DNA of 64,000 bases, taken from IMG/VR virus record IMGVR_UViG_3300021425_003554; one strand, 5' to 3'. Both the position numbers and the translations under genes were made by a program. The notes under the pieces were generated by a model that saw only the letters and a program-made list of their open reading frames with translations, was not told the origin of the DNA and made no database searches. Source of the DNA: a virus (taxonomy: Duplodnaviria; Caudoviricetes). Below are positions 50,001-56,390 of the stretch, in pieces; within the stretch, counting starts at the first letter, position 1, and every line of letters begins with the position of its first letter.

Positions 50001-52457
50001 CGATCCCGGAGTTTGTCCAATGATCTCATTATTTTTTTCATTTATATCATTTAAATGATATAATATCTGTCCGTATGTAAAATCAGATATCTGCTCGTTG
50101 AGTGGATTTATCGAAATATTTTCGGGAATCTCATATAAACCTTTTCCATCAATTTTTTTTGCTGAGCTCGACGCATGAACCAACACGATATCGTTCACAT
50201 TCAAAGCATTGTTGAATTTAATATATTTGTTTGTTGTACCATTTACCAAAGTGAAATCAGATGTTATTTTTTTAACATTGTTATTCACTGAGACTGTGAC
50301 TTCAAGGTCGACTAACGAATTACTATTCTTGTAAAAATCTATAGGAAAGAAAACTTTTTCTTCCGGTGTCACTACAAAAGTTCTCACCACACGCTGTTTA
50401 CTTTTTGCTTTTAATTTCTTCCAATTGGTTTGACTACGATGTTTGTTATATTCGTTCTGTACGTGTGTGTGTCCTGTCTTAAAAGATTTAGTGTAAATTG
50501 TGTTGTTTATATTGTAATCAAAACTATTAGTCGCTATATCTGATGTGAAAAGTATGTCTCCGACATTGTTAATTGTTTTGTATTTTACTTTTAATCCCAG
50601 CACAGAATCCAACACCGCAGAATCACTTGTTTTATAAGAAAATAATGTTGCACCAGAAAATGTTGAATTGGGATATGTTGTTGTGTTCGAAAAAGAAACA
50701 TGATTACTATCATAGAGGTCAAACAAAGGAGATTGATTTAATTTGGTTTTGTTTTGTCCAGTTTGCCATTTTTTCGTTGAACTGCTATAAAAAAATGTTT
50801 TTCCTTGATGGTTTCTGCCATACTCGGCTGTTACTGCTTCACCGTCGATAGGATTTGTGTCTGAATCTTCGGTTAAATTTAAACTGGTCACGTCTTGACC
50901 TTGTACTTTCACGAATGAAACTTTGTAAATCTTGTTATTAATTAAGGGATCTTTATCATTGGCTATCAGTATTCTCATTCCTTCCTGTATCTCTACACCG
51001 TCGATGACATATCCTAATTTGTTAACTATCTCTGAAAACACGTCAGTTGTCACTGTGTCGACCAACGAAACCGATTTTTTTGCTTTGGTTCCATGGTTAT
51101 ATAAAATCAATCCCGAGTCGAACTCTATGATTGGTCTTTTTGCTCTGCTATCTTGATCTAGAGATGCTGTATAACCCAATGCAGTGGCCGTGTCTTCTAT
51201 GACAGATTTATGGAACCATCTGTTGTATCTGGACCACGAGTTGCCGTCAATGGAACTTCTTTTGATTGTTATATAATCTGGAGTTTCTGCTCTAAAAAAA
51301 CTTACCGCATACGGTCTATCTGCATATGCAACTTCATCATACAACTCTGTCACTTCAGAAGAATAAGAACCTGTTGGCAATAAGTCTGTGGTGTCTGTTA
51401 GTGTGATAGACTGTCCTACTCCTTCAACATAAAATTCTCTATTGGCATACGGTTTTAAAGTAGTGTCAATCACATTGCTACCAAACTTAATTTTCATTCC
51501 ATTTGATAATTTTACATTCGAATGTGTTGTATAATTTTTTGTACCTATGATCTCTTTTTCCGGATCTATTTTAGTTGTTTCCTCTACTGCCTGAATTTTT
51601 ATAATGCCATGCATGGCACTGTGATTTCCACACTGATAATGTAAGATATCTGGTGCATTAGAAGGAATAGTAAATGTCAATGTTCCGGCATCTATGCCGT
51701 TATTTCCAACTCCATTGTTATAAAGTAGAGAAGTGCTACCGTCTACTGAGATTCCTCCCTTGAAAGGTTCGGTCATTATGTAAAAAGGATGACCCGGATT
51801 ATCCACATGAAACTTATAGGTATTACCCTTATACAATGTTATTGTTGGATTTAGTTCTGTATCTGAAAGATTTTGAAATACAAAACCCGATTTTCCATTT
51901 CGAGATACTATTAGATCTATAACTGCATTTGGTCCGGTGGTTGATATTGTGATTGGATTTGGTCCTTCGGGCAACCAATAATACTCTCTGTAATTGATAA
52001 GTTTATCATAGTCAATTGCTGGATTCCATGCATACACATCCTCACTGTTTAGTCTGCTATGATCTGAAGTATTTCCACCTAGATATTTTATTTGATTAAT
52101 ATAATCGTCATATGTTCCAGTAAATTTTACTTGATCCTCTGGATTGATAGATGATGTATCTTTATCTGTGTATGTTACTGTTGGTTCAAGTTGATAATTT
52201 TGTCTATCGTTGCTTGATGCTTCTATATAACTGTCCGTTGCTTCTCTGGTATATGAATAATCTCTTCCGATAAAACCGTCGAGCCTTTCAAGTTTTCCTG
52301 GCTGTATTAATTGATCAACTGTGCTAGATAAAAATCTATGGTTTGTGTCTGTTCTATAAAATGCTGGAAGATGAGCAATAGATCTTCTATAACTGATGCC
52401 TTGTTTGTCAACAACAACTTCAGAATTTTTTACACTATTAATTGGAGAATCTGCCAT
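38010..52457 (-). CDS. giant (4815 aa) baseplate wedge/fibre-attachment structural protein
   Basis: uninterrupted 14.4-kb ORF directly after the gp6-like gene (the T4 gp7 position); contains a cupredoxin-like motif, FG-GAP repeats and GDGST beta repeats. Confidence 0.8.
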   Translation of the reverse strand: MADSPINSVKNSEVVVDKQGISYRRSIAHLPAFYRTDTNHRFLSSTVDQLIQPGKLERLDGFIGRDYSYTREATDSYIEASSNDRQNYQLEPTVTYTDKDTSSINPEDQVKFTGTYDDYINQIKYLGGNTSDHSRLNSEDVYAWNPAIDYDKLINYREYYWLPEGPNPITISTTGPNAVIDLIVSRNGKSGFVFQNLSDTELNPTITLYKGNTYKFHVDNPGHPFYIMTEPFKGGISVDGSTSLLYNNGVGNNGIDAGTLTFTIPSNAPDILHYQCGNHSAMHGIIKIQAVEETTKIDPEKEIIGTKNYTTHSNVKLSNGMKIKFGSNVIDTTLKPYANREFYVEGVGQSITLTDTTDLLPTGSYSSEVTELYDEVAYADRPYAVSFFRAETPDYITIKRSSIDGNSWSRYNRWFHKSVIEDTATALGYTASLDQDSRAKRPIIEFDSGLILYNHGTKAKKSVSLVDTVTTDVFSEIVNKLGYVIDGVEIQEGMRILIANDKDPLINNKIYKVSFVKVQGQDVTSLNLTEDSDTNPIDGEAVTAEYGRNHQGKTFFYSSSTKKWQTGQNKTKLNQSPLFDLYDSNHVSFSNTTTYPNSTFSGATLFSYKTSDSAVLDSVLGLKVKYKTINNVGDILFTSDIATNSFDYNINNTIYTKSFKTGHTHVQNEYNKHRSQTNWKKLKAKSKQRVVRTFVVTPEEKVFFPIDFYKNSNSLVDLEVTVSVNNNVKKITSDFTLVNGTTNKYIKFNNALNVNDIVLVHASSSAKKIDGKGLYEIPENISINPLNEQISDFTYGQILYHLNDINEKNNEIIGQTPGSSNLRDLPGFRALGGSIIQHQSPLPQAVFSLIDENSNAIRAIEYCSREYQSFKENFLTFNVGTTYNQNAADRVDEILKGMAGEKNNSFPFFYEDMVGYGANVSTRTYTVNDPTIVDYAIDSLFDISKTSNRAVYLYKNDTQLLVGTDYTFSTTDDSVKILTTLSTGDVIKIKDYTDTTGSFIPPTPTKLGMYPKYKPEIIQDNTYIETKNVIVGHDGSKTIAYNDYRDDILLELEKRIYNNCKINHNNNLLKETDVRPSAFMSTSEYTTKEINDIMSRDFFAWAGKNSVDYQKNNFYDNSNQFTWNYSQSKDTINEQFLPGHWRGIFKLFYDTDRPHIAPWEMLGYSEKPTWWEETYGPAPYTSGNTLLWTDLANGFDNSNSSANARFIRSNLLNYLPVDDTGALKSPVAIGLVSGYTYNGTTSKWKFGDQGPGETAWRRSSQYPFSIIKMLALTKPAKFFGNYLDNSRLITTVEGNLYNSETETIQTLKNVKYHLETITDTITGTTTRYSTAGYQPLVVNYLISQNLDPAKFFYDKMKNLNVQLGYKLGGFTDKDNLKILTDSISPGSTAGSQFIPEENYKLLFRSSNPVESYDYSGVLVELNSATGIDGSTLEGGYKVIGYNTAKPYFDVFLPVKNGKKYLLSSENEQVVAYQIFDNKKTIIPYGTVFKNKQEVVDFLLGYGKYLESRGFIFDKFSNELKEISNWELSAKEFLYWTTQGWAPGSAITLSPGADGFSLETNNSVINKLNDTTGEYSVLNSAGKKIPKSFISTKRIGNTFEMSTKGTLDGIYNVSMNAVQKEHILLFDNITVFSDIIFQLQTGFRQQRLKLIGWKTANWNGDYYAPGFVFDEAYVSMWTANTDYQIGDTVEYNAGFYVAKSNHNAGNEFTAEYWIKKDEKPAPQLIPNFDYKISQFNDFYNLETNNFDESQQGLAQHLIGYQSRTYLDNLFTNDISQYKFYQGFIKEKGTQNAINKLTKAKFYDENIDLNVYPEWMIKSGEFGNLNATQSLQISMPQNTFKNNIQSIEFTNNSLENLNWTKSARVNRNEFYSTPIEYEVANTFDYFDYNQEGYDRKTVQKFPVAGFPRLSDVQHTAFSINDLFNLDITQINNNDLVWIAKKQNNDWDVQRITFANLKIVAVRAVNDNTELEITFDKTHTFSVNDILAIKNSSRDTMNGIYAVSTIPANNKLTFAFDTPEQFISTDILADESTLSIFGLVYKFISVRISSMDNVNSLISYDEYRDDDVTNERSGDIVFVDNENSKWKIYEKTDPYNSNVLSSPTVSANQEFGHRIVSREDGRYIAVSAPQSGQGTVNFFVRRESNSTSTFNLTSSFTTTRGADNTTRLGDSLTMSSDENFVVAGAPQANIRHISDSSIYNDAGLISIYNWNTTTKVYEEQLTITPEQEGSTSIANWNFGWATALAEPIENSTLSTTPKYLFVTVPGHDLDTGSVFLYKWQNTDDSTSWTLTTTLTSTDADAGQRFGHSIAVNDNADIIAIGSKNPETAGKVEIFKRTSENTFIHRQTLTGVSADGSSNDTQFGDSLEMSSDGTTLIVSAPGIDDGVVANTGAVYYYKWNDQSSSETYTLKQTIKLPNTGINNVSFGSTVKINKTGDRLLIGAESFSTPTEMKFDFGATTFDLQDTAIVEKNRSSGATFTATKYDSEFVIDDKLTTTTLSSDDRFGSGLVINDNVILVGSSHDDALSTDGSTVQVDRGTVTVYDYKTKGSYAWKVLETESTLIDNRKIQSSFIFDSSTNKIIDYLNYYDPVKGRILGVADREINFKSEWDPATYNIESTEQLISVDRKQAWGEEHIGEVWWDLSKVRWIWYEQGSQEYKSKNWGRMFPNSSIDIYEWVESTLLPSEWSVRADTPAGLALGISGQPLDNNDQRVTLKQKYNPQSETFVNYYYYWVRNSVFLPELNKQVTERKNSTAYISRVIADPLSSGIKYFGITSSNSLVTLNVKNSLVLNNTVLNINYKNNLNDGDNHTVWKLFKEGDKLDRPTEEIERKWWDSLTGSDIYGNQIPDLSLPLSQRYGNSIRPRQSWYVNRLNAVQEIIQYTNSILTQYQIANSINYKNLDSQDPEPTSTSGEWDTAVDTYADLTYINTNDISGVLNVLVRSDEVNSKNLWAVYQWSGTEWNRNKVQTYKTSNYYSYVDWYASGYSVDSIIDQTVTYQYQLDTLSVDVGKIIKVTLADTGGWKLFVKTNTGWDNIATQNGTIQFSRALYDYTVEASGFAGLDTYDGNFFDDEPTIELRKILQALRDDIFIGDLLVEYNNIFFIGLRKVLEEQIYVDWLAKTSFINVTNFLRPLDQRKTYKIGTENYVESYINEVKPFHTKIREYKLGYTKLDTQQGTNTDFDLPAIYDGSVIRNLSLTNEADLTLLNSYPYNEWKNNYKKYVSSIRVINGGSGYITAPTITLVGGATTTTGPFQVNGLSLSGPTSGTSGYFYPAYTAVADANLADSQSGGTGLSDEFTFQEYPGIKFYIPQTGRSVSQASASSLYNTYATADTLQATARAVISGGKVIRIDVLTPGSNYTATPTVVITGGGTNNNTPSSSAKAYAVLKNDAVRDIETTIKFDRVQRTGNVLIWTKDTSYSVGDLLRYENDFYKVETAFTSSIKFSEGLNNLIKLRGDESYITAAERTLGLYAPQSGMPGNELSQVMTGVDYGGVMVTGLAFDKSQGWDVDDWYNQTWDTYGLAQSVRFYGDGSTIVFNFEPKEVEFTHTGDGSTKVFSTSTTTNAPRTIYDLKIFINNVRLDPVSIDGSTLNYTVNGTTPYVVFKDAPANGANIVVIQQVNTISSAPKPTDVYTVYFTDISDSTVGTGSIIAQANKKRVRQFKTVIRGDGSTTSFTIRGDDGLPASADTLIELIPFDSDGVLTPTDDDTLDSIVSGGNLKSVLGQSPSDIILEGDAFITPETSYAPEENLPGSIFDTVDIKVYTAPESGVPFVMQKNYIANGTTNTFDIGQYPGTQDSVIVSINGVVKRLGTDYTVDVGNKTITLNSTPNNGETISIRSFAISGVNYMVLDTFTGDGSTSSFSTSTRNDFESKEIQYNTSHTGDGSTKVFATSPDVSAPQYASDLTIFIDGVILDRVNGATINYTVDGTTSFVTLKDAPSDGASIIIRQSVSATTSQLYVTIDGTPTTNFTTTVNNKLITVDLHSGDGSTANPPASGKLVQIASFNKPSTSGRAYYELRTQSLTYDGSTVRLGLTYPPGAVGPYDSLTMVELDGKILRGPDNRYYIGDGSTSNFSYRGFSTSGLSVSSSGYETVSTGSKENISTLQTVVDSIPTSTYDGAWYLTVNKNIVSGDYETSVMSVTHNGTIAVISDAFRVNTGSSSHTTYSTGINGSNLEVYGTGSSDSNTSSFIRIGLGTSTSSSALGTESTITGSTTDSSTITFDSWNKSTYRGAKYFISVKNSSKSEYSNLEVLAVHNDVDAFVSEFNNVNTGSNDLVSVDADISGTDVRLRVTGHEPGLEIRAYRILLKHDEISDGTNNRGSVVIGSAEQTIDSFLITNYYAGFYVIVSKNTDTGESSIHQVNLIHNGSNNVYLNADPSITTSGGTNQLNFSSSITGNTLSLKASSNAGSNTSVSVYRFGVLISPSTSSINDLTKIKVYVNGRQKVLYSDYRINTATQSVEMLSVPLSTDSIAITTLIGNHYYNEGSDIILDPTQIATDGLSLTQNSTLTVTTFNNALGATQQREVFEGVYSGEFYLENTPTKSDYVFVWLNGETLVAGHDYLVEGNRIKIYSRNILLTDRIDVMYFKAVSAINAVGYRIFKDMLNRTFYKRISQTHTTKLSLPLDIGDETITVEEGSRLNPVDGSTLKPGVVFIVKERIEYFYKNGNVLGNLRRGTLGTGIKAHASGAKVVDAGAQQTVPYADAIHIKTYTGDGSTVTFTTTYAPSSASELDIFIGGQRLLITGEDGSTTNYTVDGSTASVTLSSAPASGTQVKILQKRGQVWYAQGENSASDGTGLQNATTIQAKFIDGEPTNAPE
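38135..41825 (-). repeat. internal protein repeats (TGDGSTxxF...NYTVxG...APxxG) in the giant protein
   Basis: three ~70-aa copies at about 41610-41825, 40615-40828 and 38135-38338, plus further partial GDGST copies. Confidence 0.8.
44840..46160 (-). repeat. about seven FG-GAP-like repeats (beta-propeller) in the giant protein
   Basis: EFGHRI..AVSAP, LGDSL..VAGAP, FGWAT, RFGHSI..AIGS, QFGDSL..IVSAP, SFGSTV..LIGA, RFGSGL..LVGS. Confidence 0.75.
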
Positions 52458-52459
52458 CT

Positions 52460-55400
52460 TTAGTACCCTGTGCCACTACCCGAACTGCCAGTACCTGAGG
52501 TCGAAGTAGTAACTGAGGTTACTGCCGATGTTGAATTACCGCTGGTGGTTGTTCCGGTAGTGCTAGTGACAACTGTTCCAGATGCTGATATTTGATTTGC
52601 TCCTATGGCATCAATTATAACCACATCATCCACTGTTGCTCCGCTTATAAAAATTTCGTCGGACGCTCCGCTAATTTGAAATAAAGATCCAAACGATTGT
52701 CCTGCTTGATTTGGAACTATGATAACTGTTAATAAATCTGGAGCGAGTTGATTGTGTATGTAAGCCGCTAATTCTGTAAAATAAAAAGTGTCGCCAAAAT
52801 CAAAATTATTTAAAGCAAAAAATTCATTGATTGCTTGTATAACTTTGGTTTTGATTATGGCATTTGTAATGTTTGAACTTGCATTCTTGACCACTTTAAA
52901 TGTTGCTTGGAAGGCCTCATCTGCTTGTGATCCAAATAAAATTTTATATTTGACCGGGTGATAAATTATTTGATCAGATAATCCTTTCAACGAATTAAGT
53001 GAATTCGAATAAGAAATTCGTAATTGGTCTGATGTTGAAGGTTTTGGTTGTGTTCCACCTTCTCTTAACCATGTTCTAAATAATTGATCATACGATCTCT
53101 CCAACAAATAGATATCCATAATATTTGTTTGTGCAGGATCTACTCTAGTTGACTGTCCAACAAAATGTTTGTATTGGAATTCTATAGAACTTCTTCCAAT
53201 TCTCGCAATATAATTTGTGTTCGTTACCAAAGATGTCGTTGCTGAATCGAAATGTTTAATCGAGTCATTGGAATAAAAATAAAATAACTGTTTGTCTGCG
53301 TAATTTCCAGGTAATATTATGCTTGATTCGTTTTCCGTCACAATAAAACTGGTTGCATCTTTAGGTCTGTATCTTTCAATATTATCATAACTGATATATT
53401 TTTCAAAAAATACATACTTGGAAGCAACATTTTGTGATGGTTCCACAATAATATCAAAAATTTCCGGATTATCAACTACCCCATCGTCGTCTTGATCAAA
53501 AAAACCAACCTTAACTTTTCTATTATCTTGATAACCATCCGATTCGGTGATTGTGTCAACCACTTGCCAATTGATTGGATAACCTATCACTGTACCGGAA
53601 CTTGGAACAGTATTACTTTTAAGAATTTTTACTGTATCTTTTACTGTTTGTCCTGAAACATAATCGTAGATTTTATCTGTTTTATCATAATGAAATTTAT
53701 TTTCCGATACCGATTCAAAAATATAATCCAATGATCTATACTGCACGGTATAAGTGTTACCATCGTTAGTAAGTTTAAACCACCAACTATCATCTGAATT
53801 GGTCAATGTGTTTGTGCCCGCATTGTTTAAAGAGAATGTGTTGGATGAACCTAAATTTGACGAAGTAATTACTTTCCATTCTCCGTCTTGTTCGTCGAAC
53901 CTTAATCCAAACTCTTCGTAGGTTTCAATTCTATTCTGTATGTCTTCTTTCAACTCTGTAGGTAACAGGGTTGTGAAAGGAGGAATCACTGCTGATAAAA
54001 CTGCATTCGAAGGAATGATATCATTTAACGTTATAGGTCCAACTCCTGATTCTAAATTTCCTAGACCGGAATTTGCACCATCTCCCACCACATTCGAAAT
54101 CTTTGCCCATGCCCTATCTTCTGCTACATCGGTCGTCGACGATACCAATACACCATTTAAAAATTTTCTTGTGTCGGGTGAAACAAATTTTATCAATGCT
54201 CCCGGTTTTGCGTGTTTCAAGTTACTGGTTGAAAATGATCCCACGGTCAATGGACCACCTGCTACAAAATATCCAGTATTTGTATTAGTGCTGGTTGTTG
54301 TTGATACCCAACTTGCCGATAATGTTGATAACTCTTGTGTTCCATATTTTTGATAATAAAACTGTCGAGAATATGCATCAGATAATTTGCTTTCAATTTT
54401 GCTATTGATCACATCTAAAATTTCGTTCCTGTTGGTAAATGTAAAAGTAAATTGTGGTATGGACTCTTCTCTATAAATTATTCCGTCATCAGCAAAAGTT
54501 GACACATTGGAGTACGCACCCGTTGGATCAATCACTTCCTTTGTTCTAGATATACCAGATGCAGATCTGTTGACTGATTTTACTTTTATAATTTCCTGTG
54601 ATACTGATAAAGGTACAACATTGTAATCTTCTGCTGTTATCATTCTGTTTTGAGAATAATAAACTTGCGATGCTTTTTGTTTGATAGAATCATTCGATTC
54701 TGTTGCTGATGCATTGTAAATGCTTTGTTGTAACGAAGCCGTCACAGTTAATAACTGATTAGCACCAAACTGATCAACATATGGAATTGAAAAAGATATG
54801 TCTGCCATATCATTTGGTTGTATGTTGTATCTCGCATTGTCCGATGTTCTATAATAACATCTAAATGCTCCCGATGGAATATTAGAAAAGTTTCCGTCAC
54901 CAAATACCAAATCAATCTGATCATTATTTTTTGTAATGACATTGTAGATATTTCTAATATCTTTTGATAAACTGTTGTAGATTACATTGTTTCCTGTCAA
55001 CGAAGGTATCTGTGTCCACAATGATTCCAATTGATTGAAATCATCTAATTTATATAACCACACGTCATCGTTGTTTATGTTGTTTGTTGCAATCGTTTTT
55101 ACAAAATTAGTTGTTGGTTGTGAAATTGTAAACTGTTCGCTGGCCAATGTGCCCTGTTTGAATAAACAAAAAAATCCAGTGTTGGGACTGTTGTCGCCAG
55201 CACCATCGTTTCTATAAACATATCTAAATCCTGTTCCCGGTGTTGGTGGAAATTCATAAATGGCTTCCTGTCCTGAAATCGTTGCTGGAACAATCTCAAA
55301 ATTTCTTGATACTCCACTCACTGCTCTGTTAAACGTAAAAATTGGTAAGTCATTATTTGATGAATTAACTACATAAACTTCAGTTTTGATTCCTCCCACA

Positions 55401-55933
55401 TTATCTGATTCCAACGGTTTGCCAAACTTTTGTGAAGACTGATTGACTGCACTTAATATTGCGGTGAACTGTTCTTTGAAATTAGGATTGGTAGCATCGT
55501 TCCATCCAACTGTGACATTAGACAAACTGTTTCCTGCACTGTCTCTGATATCTTGTGTCGTTGACACTGATGTATATTTTAATAATCCAATCGCAGATTT
55601 GTTTCGTTTGGCATTGTAGTTGATCAATCTCGCTAATCTTAAAACTGAATTTCTTCTGCTGGCCGTTTCAAGAAAGTTTTCTCGAGCATTTAAGTCAACT
55701 CTAAAACTTAAACTCTGTGCGATATAGGCAATTAAATCAATTAGTGCGATATATTCCGATGATTCAACAAAATCATTAAAATCATCTGGATAATTTTCTT
55801 TGAGATAAGAAACCATTGTTCTACGCAATGTCTCAAAATCATACGATTTAAAATCTGCCTGTTGAAAAGCCGTATAGATCTTTGTCCAATCTTCCGCAAC
55901 GAGTAATCTGTTTTGTCTATCTGTAGTGGCCAT
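52460..55933 (-). CDS. baseplate wedge subunit, T4 gp6-like
   Basis: DFKSYDFETLR, FNDFVESSE, ENFLETA.RRNSVLRLA, QNRMITAEDY. Confidence 0.85.
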   Translation of the reverse strand: MATTDRQNRLLVAEDWTKIYTAFQQADFKSYDFETLRRTMVSYLKENYPDDFNDFVESSEYIALIDLIAYIAQSLSFRVDLNARENFLETASRRNSVLRLARLINYNAKRNKSAIGLLKYTSVSTTQDIRDSAGNSLSNVTVGWNDATNPNFKEQFTAILSAVNQSSQKFGKPLESDNVGGIKTEVYVVNSSNNDLPIFTFNRAVSGVSRNFEIVPATISGQEAIYEFPPTPGTGFRYVYRNDGAGDNSPNTGFFCLFKQGTLASEQFTISQPTTNFVKTIATNNINNDDVWLYKLDDFNQLESLWTQIPSLTGNNVIYNSLSKDIRNIYNVITKNNDQIDLVFGDGNFSNIPSGAFRCYYRTSDNARYNIQPNDMADISFSIPYVDQFGANQLLTVTASLQQSIYNASATESNDSIKQKASQVYYSQNRMITAEDYNVVPLSVSQEIIKVKSVNRSASGISRTKEVIDPTGAYSNVSTFADDGIIYREESIPQFTFTFTNRNEILDVINSKIESKLSDAYSRQFYYQKYGTQELSTLSASWVSTTTSTNTNTGYFVAGGPLTVGSFSTSNLKHAKPGALIKFVSPDTRKFLNGVLVSSTTDVAEDRAWAKISNVVGDGANSGLGNLESGVGPITLNDIIPSNAVLSAVIPPFTTLLPTELKEDIQNRIETYEEFGLRFDEQDGEWKVITSSNLGSSNTFSLNNAGTNTLTNSDDSWWFKLTNDGNTYTVQYRSLDYIFESVSENKFHYDKTDKIYDYVSGQTVKDTVKILKSNTVPSSGTVIGYPINWQVVDTITESDGYQDNRKVKVGFFDQDDDGVVDNPEIFDIIVEPSQNVASKYVFFEKYISYDNIERYRPKDATSFIVTENESSIILPGNYADKQLFYFYSNDSIKHFDSATTSLVTNTNYIARIGRSSIEFQYKHFVGQSTRVDPAQTNIMDIYLLERSYDQLFRTWLREGGTQPKPSTSDQLRISYSNSLNSLKGLSDQIIYHPVKYKILFGSQADEAFQATFKVVKNASSNITNAIIKTKVIQAINEFFALNNFDFGDTFYFTELAAYIHNQLAPDLLTVIIVPNQAGQSFGSLFQISGASDEIFISGATVDDVVIIDAIGANQISASGTVVTSTTGTTTSGNSTSAVTSVTTSTSGTGSSGSGTGY

Positions 55934-55949
55934 ACATTTATATTACGAG

Positions 55950-55957
55950 TATTTATT
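55950..55957 (-). promoter_or_regulatory. T4-like late promoter candidate (AATAAATA)
   Basis: in the 44-nt intergenic gap upstream of the gp6-like gene. Confidence 0.55.
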
Positions 55958-55977
55958 GTTTTAATTATGTACGTATA

Positions 55978-56388
55978 TTAAGAAAGATTAAATGTTGAAT
56001 TTTGATCAAAATTAAAAGACAATTTCTCGGTAATATTATATGGTATGTATGTTAGTGTTGCTTGTACACTTATTCCTTGCCCGTTTTCGCTTACAACTAT
56101 GTCGGATGTGCTCACTCTAGGATCTGCGTTTAAATTTTCGGATATATCGTTGGCAATCAATTCTTTTGTGGCATTTGTTAGAGGTTCAAACAACATATCG
56201 TATATAATTGTGCCAAATTCTGGATTTTCCACACGCTCGCCTTTTCTGATCGACAATCTATTCATAAGATTTTGTTTGATCAAAGCAAAATCATATAATT
56301 TATAATTGCTCTGCTCTGCTTTAGAACTAAAACCCTTGAACAGAGTTTGATTTTGTTGTTTGTTTGATGGGTTATTTGAGTATGCCAT
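55978..56388 (-). CDS. baseplate wedge subunit, T4 gp25-like
   Basis: LIKQNLMNRL..RKGERVENPEFG...LFEP. Confidence 0.88.
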   Translation of the reverse strand: MAYSNNPSNKQQNQTLFKGFSSKAEQSNYKLYDFALIKQNLMNRLSIRKGERVENPEFGTIIYDMLFEPLTNATKELIANDISENLNADPRVSTSDIVVSENGQGISVQATLTYIPYNITEKLSFNFDQNSTFNLS

Positions 56389-56390
56389 AT

